12,715 nt of DNA, taken from positions 1-12,715 of the forward strand of contig JBBCAW010000121.1 of the NCBI GenBank assembly GCA_051382295.1. Direction: 5' to 3'. Positions 5,948 through 12,715 of this stretch are shown here, piece after piece. The notes under the pieces were generated by a model. The model was not told the DNA's origin, did no database searches, and saw only the letters and a program-made list of their open reading frames with translations. The number at the start of each line of letters is the position of its first letter. The stretch's first letter is position 1. The translations under genes were made by a program, and so were the position numbers. This DNA is from Bdellovibrionota bacterium FG-1. Its GTDB lineage: Bacteria > Bdellovibrionota > UBA1018.

Positions 5948-7825
5948 TTAGTGGGCAAAAATAACGTTTTCGAGCAGGATCAGCACAATTCCGATGATTG
6001 ATCCGCCCGCAATCACGCCTGCGCAAAGCGTTTCGCGATTATCGACCAAGGCGCGGTAGGTGAAGGATTTTCGGTCGTGAAATTTCTTTTCGCAAAACCA
6101 AAAAATAATTGCGCCCAAGGACATCGCAAAGGCATCCGAAAAGGGAAGCACAAAAGCCAAGCCCACGCCCACGCCGGACAGGGGGAAGCGGCCCTTCATC
6201 CGTTTATTAGCAATTTCAAACACAATTCCCAAGGTTCCGCCAATGGCGGCGGCCCAGCGGGCGGTCGGATGGAGAAAGCTCAATCCTTGCGTGAGAACTT
6301 CCGCCACGGCCCTCCAGATGGTGGCGCCCGGCATGGGCAACTTTTCACTCGTTAAGAGCGACAAATCGCCGTGAAAAATGGCGTAAAAAACAGGAACGGC
6401 GACGAAACCACCCGCAAAAATTCCAAGGATATGGCCCACGGCTTGATGGCGGGGTTTCCCGCCGAGCATGTAACCGGGTTTAATGTCCATGAGTAAGTTC
6501 GAAGCACTCAGTCCCACGTCACCGTTGATGCCGGCCGCAATAATATTGATCGGGATATTTCCGGGAGAGATCACCGCATAGGTGAGTTGCGTGAGTTTTC
6601 CGAGCGCGCCTCCGGGCGTGACCGAAGTGAGACCCGTGGAATTGACCGCAATCAGCGTAAATAGGGCGATCAACGGAATGGCAACAATGCCTTCCCAATA
6701 GGCCAAATTGAAAAATAAATGGCCTAAATAAACCACCACTGCTCCCATGACGGGGATTCCGATCATGAAGATGCTCATCGGCAATTCGATGTCTTTAAGG
6801 ATGTCCACCTTTTTGGGGTCTTTCGAAAAGGGCGCCTTAAAGGCCTGAATAATCAGTTCGGGCTTTGAAAAAAACGAGTACAACGACGACGTCGTCATCA
6901 CGGCTACGCCGCCCCAAAGCGCCCACATCGTGATTTTCTTGAAGCCCACGCCGTGGATGACACCTTCATGAATCATGATCGGAGCCAGGATAAAGTAGTT
7001 GAGCACCGCGCCCACCAAGAGGGAAAATCCCGTCTTAATATTCATGAGGCCGCCCGCGCCGATCATGACAATCGAGGAATCAAGTTGAATGGTGAGGTCC
7101 TTGAGCGGGGTTCCCCAGATGCGGGGCACAAAAAAGCGATAAATAAAACTGTCCCAATGATCGGGGATTCTAAGAAAGGCAATTCTGAGCTTATCGGTAA
7201 CCGTTTCGCTTCGAAGCGTTTCGATGAGTGCCGCAAAAGCGCCGCCGATGACCAGAAGTTTGGCTTTAAATAAGCCTTCATTCCCCTCATTGCTATGAAG
7301 GTTGTCCATCACGATGCCGGCGGCATAGCCTTCGGGAAAGGGGAGTTGTTCATCGTTAATAAAGCGCTTTTTAAGAGGGAATGCAAACAGAACGCCTAGG
7401 AGTGAAAGAGAAATAGTCCAAATGAGGGTATGCGTCATCGGAACGGTGTGATGAGTGACGAGCATGTACGCCGGCATGGAGCTGACCAGGGGGGCGGTCA
7501 TGTAGCCGGCGCTGGTGGCCACCGATTGCATGGCGTTGTTTTCGAGAATGGTCATCTCGGTGCCCAGCCCAATTTTCGAGAGGACCTTGAAGGCGGCAAA
7601 GGATAAAACAACCGAGGTGATACCTACGCCGAGCGTCCAGCCGGTTTTGATTCCGACGTAAAGATTGGTGAGGCTTAATACACTGCCTATCAGCATTCCT
7701 GTTACCGCAGAGCGTATATTGAGCTGCGGCATGTCACCGCGATAAATATTTTCGAGCCACCAACGGTCTTTTTGCTCAAGCGTCCAAGTCTGAATTTGCT
7801 CTTCGGTGAGTTCTTTGATGGCCAT
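5948..7825 (-). CDS. OPT-family oligopeptide / metal-chelate transporter
   Basis: 625 aa polytopic membrane protein; PQLNIRS, NLYVGIKTGW, LENNAMQSVATSAG, QLPFPEGYAA, LMDIKPGYMLGGKPRHQ motifs; GAGGGGG RBS before ATG 7825. Confidence 0.93.
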   Translation of the reverse strand: MAIKELTEEQIQTWTLEQKDRWWLENIYRGDMPQLNIRSAVTGMLIGSVLSLTNLYVGIKTGWTLGVGITSVVLSFAAFKVLSKIGLGTEMTILENNAMQSVATSAGYMTAPLVSSMPAYMLVTHHTVPMTHTLIWTISLSLLGVLFAFPLKKRFINDEQLPFPEGYAAGIVMDNLHSNEGNEGLFKAKLLVIGGAFAALIETLRSETVTDKLRIAFLRIPDHWDSFIYRFFVPRIWGTPLKDLTIQLDSSIVMIGAGGLMNIKTGFSLLVGAVLNYFILAPIMIHEGVIHGVGFKKITMWALWGGVAVMTTSSLYSFFSKPELIIQAFKAPFSKDPKKVDILKDIELPMSIFMIGIPVMGAVVVYLGHLFFNLAYWEGIVAIPLIALFTLIAVNSTGLTSVTPGGALGKLTQLTYAVISPGNIPINIIAAGINGDVGLSASNLLMDIKPGYMLGGKPRHQAVGHILGIFAGGFVAVPVFYAIFHGDLSLLTSEKLPMPGATIWRAVAEVLTQGLSFLHPTARWAAAIGGTLGIVFEIANKRMKGRFPLSGVGVGLAFVLPFSDAFAMSLGAIIFWFCEKKFHDRKSFTYRALVDNRETLCAGVIAGGSIIGIVLILLENVIFAH

Positions 7826-7895
7826 GACAATCCCCCTCGCTGCTACACGATAGGAAAGTCATATTCGGCGCGGGCGATTAACGCAAGCAGATGGT

Positions 7896-9374
7896 TTACT
7901 TTTTGATTTGAGCTTTGGTGAGAGCAATCTTGAAGGTCGTTCCCGCGTTTTCGCGACTTTCGGCCGAAATATTGCCGCCCCAGGACTCAATGATTTTATA
8001 CGAAGTGGCCAATCCCAAGCCGGTGCCGACGCCAATATCCTTGGTGGTAAAAAACGGTTTAAAAAGATTTTTCATGTTTGCAGTCGAAATACCGCAGCCA
8101 CTATCTGAGATCGCCATGACCACCTGTTTGCCTTGATCCTCGAGGGTGATGCGGACGAAATGCTCCAAATGCCTGCCGTTTTCGATGGCCGTTCCGATGG
8201 CATGGGACGAATTGACCAAGAGATTGAGAATCACTTGATGAAGCGCTTCTGAAACCCCCTTAACCAGCAGGCCCGGAGGAGGGGGGAGCTGATTGTCGAT
8301 CAGGACGGCTTTTTTCCTGAACTCGTGGGCCATGAGGTCCAGTACATCACTCACTGATTGAGATAAAGAGACTGATCCCACGGTCCCGGTGTTATCTCCT
8401 CGAGCCAAATTCAAAAGGGAACGAATCAGTTTTGAAACGCGATCGATTTGCGAAATAATGACCGCGACATTTTTTTGCACGGACGGGTTTTCGCTGGCCT
8501 GCATACCCAAGTATTCCGCGCGCCCACGAATCACGCCCAGCGGGGTGCCGATTTCGTGCGCCAGGCTTGAGGCCAGCAGCCCTACGGACGCGAGCCGGTC
8601 CTGCAAAAGCAGCTTGCCTTCGGTCTCTTTACGGTTGCCGATGTCGCGAATCGAAGTCAGTCGCGCCGGAGTGCCCTGATAAATATAGGGTTTGCTCGAG
8701 ACATCCACCGAAATCGGTTTGCCATCTTTACGAAGATCCAAAATTTCGCCCGAGGCTTCTTTGTCCATGGCGGTCAGAAGCAGAAGTTTTGCACGGGCTT
8801 GTTCGCTGCAGTACGAAAAAAGATTGGTCCCGCGCATGCGGCTCCGAGTGGAACCAAACAAGGTCGTGGCGGCTTGATTGACGTCAAAGATGGTGCCGTT
8901 ATCCCGATGAACGATGATGCCTTCGAAGGTGGAGTTTAAAAGACTTCGAAAGCTCTCTTCGCGTTGCCGAAGCGCCTCGAGACTTTGAGCGCGATAAACC
9001 GAATAGCGAAGTGATCGTTCCAGTAAATGCGCCGAAATTTGCCCCTTGACCAGGTAATCGGCCGCGCCAATCTCGATGGCCTTGCGGTCAATTCCCTCAT
9101 CTCCGACCCCGGTAAGCAGGATGAGCGGGGCTTTGCATCCGAGGGAAAGCGCTTCGTCTAAAAGCTCAATCCCCGTGCGGCTCCCCAGGCGATAATTGGC
9201 CAGGTAGACATCGTGCTTGCGGTCGACCATCGCGCTGAGGCCTTCTGGGTAACCTGCCGCCCATTCTATTGAGATATGACGATTTCCGATTTCGGCCAAT
9301 AGCTCACGAAGGAGGAAAAAATCATTTTCATCCTCGTCAATTAAAAGAGCTTTTATTTTTTCTTTAGCGCTCAT
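7896..9374 (-). CDS. Soluble REC-PAS-HisKA-HATPase histidine kinase (NtrB-like core), atypical receiver
   Basis: Start reassigned to ATG 9374 (MSAKEKIK, 492 aa). REC: LLIDED, ILLTG, GAADYLVK. PAS: STFEGIIVH..IFDVNQAA..LFG, RKDGK. H-box LAHEIGTPL, N-box QVILNLLVN, G1 DSGCGI, F LFKPFFTTK, G2 GTGLGLA. Confidence 0.92.
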   Translation of the reverse strand: MSAKEKIKALLIDEDENDFFLLRELLAEIGNRHISIEWAAGYPEGLSAMVDRKHDVYLANYRLGSRTGIELLDEALSLGCKAPLILLTGVGDEGIDRKAIEIGAADYLVKGQISAHLLERSLRYSVYRAQSLEALRQREESFRSLLNSTFEGIIVHRDNGTIFDVNQAATTLFGSTRSRMRGTNLFSYCSEQARAKLLLLTAMDKEASGEILDLRKDGKPISVDVSSKPYIYQGTPARLTSIRDIGNRKETEGKLLLQDRLASVGLLASSLAHEIGTPLGVIRGRAEYLGMQASENPSVQKNVAVIISQIDRVSKLIRSLLNLARGDNTGTVGSVSLSQSVSDVLDLMAHEFRKKAVLIDNQLPPPPGLLVKGVSEALHQVILNLLVNSSHAIGTAIENGRHLEHFVRITLEDQGKQVVMAISDSGCGISTANMKNLFKPFFTTKDIGVGTGLGLATSYKIIESWGGNISAESRENAGTTFKIALTKAQIKK

Positions 9375-10311
9375 GATGGCGAAGGGGGTGCACAATCCAG
9401 AGTGGCCACTTCGAGGCACGAGCCACTTGACGAGTGGTACTGCCCAGGACGACTCGGGCGACGGCCCCCGAGTGCGCGGCCATGGCGATGATTCCATCGA
9501 GTTTAGCTGCGGCCTTCAGAATCGAATCGGGCGCGGTTCCATTCAAGCGTGCCTCGATGATGGTATTGACTTTAACCCCGCTTGCCTCGCCGTCTTTGGC
9601 CCAGCGTTGAGCCTCGGCTTCGCGAATGTGAGATTCGTCATCAAAGGCCTCTTTGTAGGCGGAGTAGGCGCTAAAGGCGACATCCGCGGCCGGGAGGAGA
9701 TCAAAACGAACTTTGTGAAAAATCGTGATGGAGGCACCGAGTTGGCGAGCCAAGTCGAGCACCCCCGCATAAGCTTCGCGGGACTCGTTTGAAAAATCGG
9801 TGGGAAAAAGAATATGCTTAAAACGAGGGGAGGGCTTCCTGTGAGGATTGACCAGAAAAAGGGGGATATCTGAACGAAGCATGAGGGTTTCGGTAAAACT
9901 TCCGGTTAACCAACGAGCCAGGCCTTTTTGGGCGCGGGTGCACGCGACAATGAAATCGGCTTTGGTTTCCCGGGCGTGGTCGATGAGTGCATTCACGCGG
10001 CCGGTCAGCGATACTCCGGGCTCGACGAGCAAAAGAAGCGGCTCCAGTTCGGGCAGCTTGGTTCGACCCAGGATGCGCGCCATTTTTTTTTCAGCCAAGG
10101 CGCGGGTATGTTCAAGAAGACCAGCGGATACATCGAGTGGCACTTCCAAGCCCCCCTCGCCGAAACAGTAAACCGGCTGAACCGTCGCGGGTATTTGTTG
10201 CGTGAGAGAGGCAATGGCCTGGACCGCTGTTTTTTGAAGTAAGGGGTCCTTCGCAAAGGGGTCCACCGCCCAGATCATTCTTTGTTTTGTCGCTTTTTTG
10301 AATTTTTTCAT
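9364..10311 (-). CDS. Tandem-domain universal stress protein
   Basis: Start reassigned to ATG 10311 (GGGAGAGG RBS; 315 aa). Two USP domains: IWAVDPF...ADFIVAC..KGLARWLTGSFTETL and ILFPTDFS...IIAMAAHSG..RVVLGSTTRQV. Overlaps the kinase start by 11 nt. Confidence 0.92.
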   Translation of the reverse strand: MKKFKKATKQRMIWAVDPFAKDPLLQKTAVQAIASLTQQIPATVQPVYCFGEGGLEVPLDVSAGLLEHTRALAEKKMARILGRTKLPELEPLLLLVEPGVSLTGRVNALIDHARETKADFIVACTRAQKGLARWLTGSFTETLMLRSDIPLFLVNPHRKPSPRFKHILFPTDFSNESREAYAGVLDLARQLGASITIFHKVRFDLLPAADVAFSAYSAYKEAFDDESHIREAEAQRWAKDGEASGVKVNTIIEARLNGTAPDSILKAAAKLDGIIAMAAHSGAVARVVLGSTTRQVARASKWPLWIVHPLRHHER

Positions 10312-10378
10312 GAACGGCCTCTCCCGATCAAGGGTTACCATGCTCCACCCCGATTGATCCAACGATTGCCTTCAAGGG

Positions 10379-11128
10379 CTAAATGGGGGGGCTCATTACG
10401 GTGATGGGCTTTTCTACGGACCGACTGTTTGGAATCCGGACTTGAATCAGGTATCGCCCTCCAGGAAGGGGCCTTAACGCAATGGTTTTTTTGAATTTCT
10501 TAAAAGGGCCAGAACAGTGAGTCATGGGAAGCGTGATGGCTATGACATCGTTGGATTTTTCTATTTGTGCGGGGTGAAGGAATTTGGAGCATCTCGTTTT
10601 TGCTCCGTTCAAAACGATTTGGATAGTTTCAGTCGAAAGCCAGAGATCCTTTATTTGGAGTGTCATGATTTGAGCGTCAGGGGGCAGAGCGCTTGCGTTT
10701 ACTTGCGCGGGGGTGATGTGAAGGGGGCGGAGACTTTGAATCCCTTCCGCTGAAATAAAGGCCACTTGATAATCTCCCGCTTGAAGTCGCCCCAGGTTTA
10801 CCTGGAGCGAAAATGGCTGCGGCTCAAGCAAATCGCCCGTCTGGCAAAGAGGGGTTTCCTGGCGCCAAGCGAAGGCGTGAAGCAGCAGTATGCTGGTACT
10901 TGGATTGAGTTCGATGGGGGGAGTTTCGACGACGTAACAGGGGTCCGGTAGAAATCCTTCAATGACGATATGGATAGGCTCGTGGTCATCAAGACCCTGA
11001 TTCAGAAAAAACACTCTTTGAATCGGAACTTCGACTCGTTCTCTTGGATCGGCCTGGATTGGGTGGGTCGGACCGAGGGAGAGCAAAAAAGCAAAAGCAA
11101 AAGCGAAAAATAGTTCGATGGTTTTCAT
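10379..11128 (-). CDS. Secreted hypothetical protein with two copies of a two-Cys beta-rich domain
   Basis: Start reassigned to ATG 11128 (AAGGAG RBS; 249 aa). Signal peptide MKTIELFFAFAFAFLLSLG..IQA; each half has IVxxG..C...C..F...L..L..GxYxV/I. Similar to 11366-11794. Confidence 0.8.
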   Translation of the reverse strand: MKTIELFFAFAFAFLLSLGPTHPIQADPRERVEVPIQRVFFLNQGLDDHEPIHIVIEGFLPDPCYVVETPPIELNPSTSILLLHAFAWRQETPLCQTGDLLEPQPFSLQVNLGRLQAGDYQVAFISAEGIQSLRPLHITPAQVNASALPPDAQIMTLQIKDLWLSTETIQIVLNGAKTRCSKFLHPAQIEKSNDVIAITLPMTHCSGPFKKFKKTIALRPLPGGRYLIQVRIPNSRSVEKPITVMSPPI

Positions 11129-11158
11129 AACAATGAGCTCCTTGAGCAGAGACTCTGC

Positions 11159-11174
11159 AGCAACTTGCGCGCCA
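11159..11174 (-). promoter_or_regulatory. Sigma54 (-24/-12) promoter for the minus-strand genes
   Basis: Minus strand reads TGGCGCGCAAGTTGCT: GG-N10-GC, close to the TGGCAC-N5-TTGCW consensus, 30 nt before ATG 11128. Confidence 0.75.
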
Positions 11175-11205
11175 GAGGCGGCCTTGTTTACGGAGAGGGG
11201 CGTTT

Positions 11206-11222
11206 TGTCCCTGTTTGGGGCA
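11206..11222. promoter_or_regulatory. Candidate enhancer (UAS) for an NtrC-type activator
   Basis: TGTCCC-N5-GGGGCA imperfect palindrome with the geometry of the NtrC site TGCACC-N5-GGTGCA; the GGGGCAG half-site recurs at 11268-11274. Confidence 0.45.
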
Positions 11223-11292
11223 GAAATCGGCCTGAGGGTTTTGTGAAAGCGCCTCAAAGCCATTTTCGGGGCAGTGGAGGGAAGAACACGAG

Positions 11293-11308
11293 TGGCATGA
11301 GGAGTGCT
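11293..11308 (+). promoter_or_regulatory. Sigma54 (-24/-12) promoter for the plus-strand genes
   Basis: TGGCATGAGGAGTGCT: GG-N10-GC spacing, 57 nt before ATG 11366. Confidence 0.7.
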
Positions 11309-11365
11309 TAGGACTCTATCCGTATTCAAGAAGCATTTAGACCAGCTGAAAAGGGGGGTAAGATC

Positions 11366-11794
11366 ATGAACATCAAAAATGGAATATTGGGTGCGCTGGC
11401 TTCATTGAGTGTATTGGCGAGTGTATTGGCGAGTGTATCGGCGAGTGTATTGGCGGACGATCAGGATCAGGATCAGGATCTCGAAGTGAATGTGGGTGTA
11501 TCGTCGGTTTTCGTACCTTCGGGCTTTGATTCGAATTCGGACGTGGCCGTGATTGCGAACGGGATTTTTCCGAACAGTTGTTTTCAATGGAGTCGCGCGG
11601 AGGTTTCGCGGAACCCCGAAGGAGTCATTGAGGTGCATCCCATGGCAAAAGTGCGGGCGGGAATGTGTTTGATGGTGCTTATGCCTTACGTCACTGAAAT
11701 TTCGCTCGGTAAGCTCGAACGGGGTGAGCATTGGGTGCGTTTTATCGGTGGCGACGGCGCTTATCTAGAAAAGAAGATTGTGATCGAGCAATGA
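11366..11794 (+). CDS. Secreted hypothetical protein, single-domain paralog of 10379-11128
   Basis: AAGGGGGG RBS; signal peptide ending VLA|DD; VFVPSGFD..D..VIANGIFPNSCF...C.....PY...ISLGKLERGEHWVRF. Confidence 0.85.
   Translation: MNIKNGILGALASLSVLASVLASVSASVLADDQDQDQDLEVNVGVSSVFVPSGFDSNSDVAVIANGIFPNSCFQWSRAEVSRNPEGVIEVHPMAKVRAGMCLMVLMPYVTEISLGKLERGEHWVRFIGGDGAYLEKKIVIEQ
11407..11480 (+). repeat. In-frame tandem repeats: 4 x 12 bp then about 3.7 x 6 bp
   Basis: GAGTGTATTGGC x4 (11407-11454, third copy with one T>C) encodes SVLA repeats; GATCAG x3 plus GATC (11459-11480) encodes DQDQDQD. Confidence 0.95.
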
Positions 11795-12567
11795 AATGGT
11801 CTCGGGTTTATGGGGCTGTATTGTGTTGGACTGTATTGTGGGTGGCTCTGGCTGGATGCCAAAAGGTTCCAGTCAGAGCATCGCATTGGGCGTTGTCTTC
11901 TGGACCTTTGGGGGTGGCGGCAGTCCCGCTTCCCGAGGCGTTAAGGGTGGATGCGGCAGGTCTTTCACCCATCAAGATCGGAGGTGAAACGGTGGTCGCT
12001 CGGCGGGCCACTTATCTCGGAGCTTCGATAGCGGACTCCTGGATCAAAAATGTGAAAAACGCCCGCGGTGAAGTGATTTATGCCGACGGTCGGATCTATG
12101 ATTCCATTTCTGAACGGGTCAAGAAAAGAGTGGCCGCGGCTGCGGAAAAGAAAACTTGGGTTCTTGAGGTGCTCAAGAATGAAATTCCCGCGCTGGCGTC
12201 CTCGCCCTGGGTGATGGGGCCAGAGCTTGAGCTCTCGCCCCGCCCTCGGCTTCCGGGTTGGCGGCTGTTATGGGTGGTCGATTTTTTTAATCGTGACGAA
12301 GAGGCGTTTATTCGACTCCAGGCCGATACCCGCGGGCGGATTTTGTGGTCCCGGCCGATGGGCTCACACCTGGTTGATGCCTCGGCAACGGTTTTTCCCA
12401 AGGGCCCCAAGGATAGCCTGCTTTCGGAAGTGTGGCTGCGGGGGCTGCTGGGAAACGGAAATCTCGAAAGTCCCAAGCTGAAGGTCACCAGTACGGATGC
12501 GCCGATGCTGTTGAACTTTCCTTCCGAAAATTTCCTGCTTATCCGGTTGTCACTTAATAGCATTTAA
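11791..12567 (+). pseudogene. Lipoprotein, probable M4/M36-like zinc metallopeptidase precursor, interrupted by an IS at 12534
   Basis: Start reassigned to ATG 11791 (ATGA overlap). Lipobox LAGC; FTP-like segment (TYLGASIADSWIKNVKNARGEVIYADG) and PepSY-like segment (WRLLWVVDF...IRLQADTRGRIL). No HExxH is present; the last ~10 codons (LLIRLSLNSI) derive from the IS end. Confidence 0.6.
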
Positions 12568-12575
12568 GCTACGGT
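12547..12575 (+). promoter_or_regulatory. Sigma70-type transposase promoter within the IS left end
   Basis: TTGTCA (12547-12552)-N17-TACGGT (12570-12575); AGAGGG RBS at 12583-12588. Confidence 0.55.
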
Positions 12576-12596
12576 GCGTCGCAGAGGGTTTTAGCG

Positions 12597-12715
12597 ATGC
12601 CAACTGCGGGTCAAAAGCCACCGCCACCGAAAAACTCCCCTCCTGAATATCCGATAACCCATCTGGACTTTCAGCTCATGTTTCCTGATGAGGCGGCATG
12701 CCTCCTCTATCTGGA
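12597..12715 (+). CDS. IS1595-family transposase, N-terminal fragment (not in the ORF track)
   Basis: Manual translation MPTAGQKPPPPKNSPPEYPITHLDFQLMFPDEAACLLYL; YPxTxxxFxxxFPDEAACxxYL is the typical segment preceding the IS1595 zinc ribbon. Confidence 0.85.
   Translation, partial: MPTAGQKPPPPKNSPPEYPITHLDFQLMFPDEAACLLYL

Larger units (their letters stand above)
12534..12715 (+). mobile_element. IS1595-family insertion sequence, left end (ISSod11-group-like), runs off window
   Basis: The end begins CCTGCTTATC, matching the nnnGcnTATC terminus I recall for the ISSod11 group. It is preceded by AT-rich GAAAATTT (predicted 8-bp target) and followed by a promoter and a transposase start. Confidence 0.8.

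Noticed and set aside
5844..5950. Classical rho-independent terminator
   Set aside because: The stem is long and branched and neither strand has a proper U-tract; kept as a repeat/structured element instead.
9375..9497. 41-aa N-terminal extension of the kinase
   Set aside because: Overlaps the USP coding region; the REC domain begins right after Met at 9374.
11129..11329. 67-aa N-terminal extension of the minus-strand hypothetical protein
   Set aside because: It spans the promoter region; the RBS and signal peptide point to ATG 11128.
11407..11454. CRISPR array
   Set aside because: The 12-bp units are contiguous with no spacers, lie in frame in a CDS, and no cas genes are present.
11731..11790. 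Upstream start for the lipoprotein ORF
   Set aside because: Overlaps the previous gene by 64 nt; ATG 11791 gives an ATGA junction and a proper lipoprotein signal.
12096..12563. 155-aa minus-strand ORF
   Set aside because: Antisense to the lipoprotein gene, begins inside the IS end, Ser-rich with no motifs.

Overview
Bacterial chromosomal window of moderate GC, probably from a Bdellovibrionota/Oligoflexia-like organism (inferred from the chemoreceptor type and the secreted hypothetical proteins). The left half is a molybdenum-cofactor/nitrate/NO neighbourhood: 5'-truncated mobA, an AT-richer DUF6516 (TumE-like)/wHTH toxin-antitoxin pair with an operator over its promoter, a ~170-nt structured intergenic element, moeB-rhodanese, and a NIT-domain chemoreceptor abutting nnrS. 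A ~100-bp inverted-repeat element with two GGA-loop hairpins follows. The right half has a minus-strand run (secreted protein, tandem USP, REC-PAS histidine kinase with an Asp-to-Asn receiver site, OPT transporter). Back-to-back sigma54-type promoters drive two divergent paralogous secreted proteins; the plus-strand one is coupled to an M4/M36-like peptidase lipoprotein gene that is cut by an IS1595-family element at the window end. All calls come from manual motif reading; no searches or folding programs were run.
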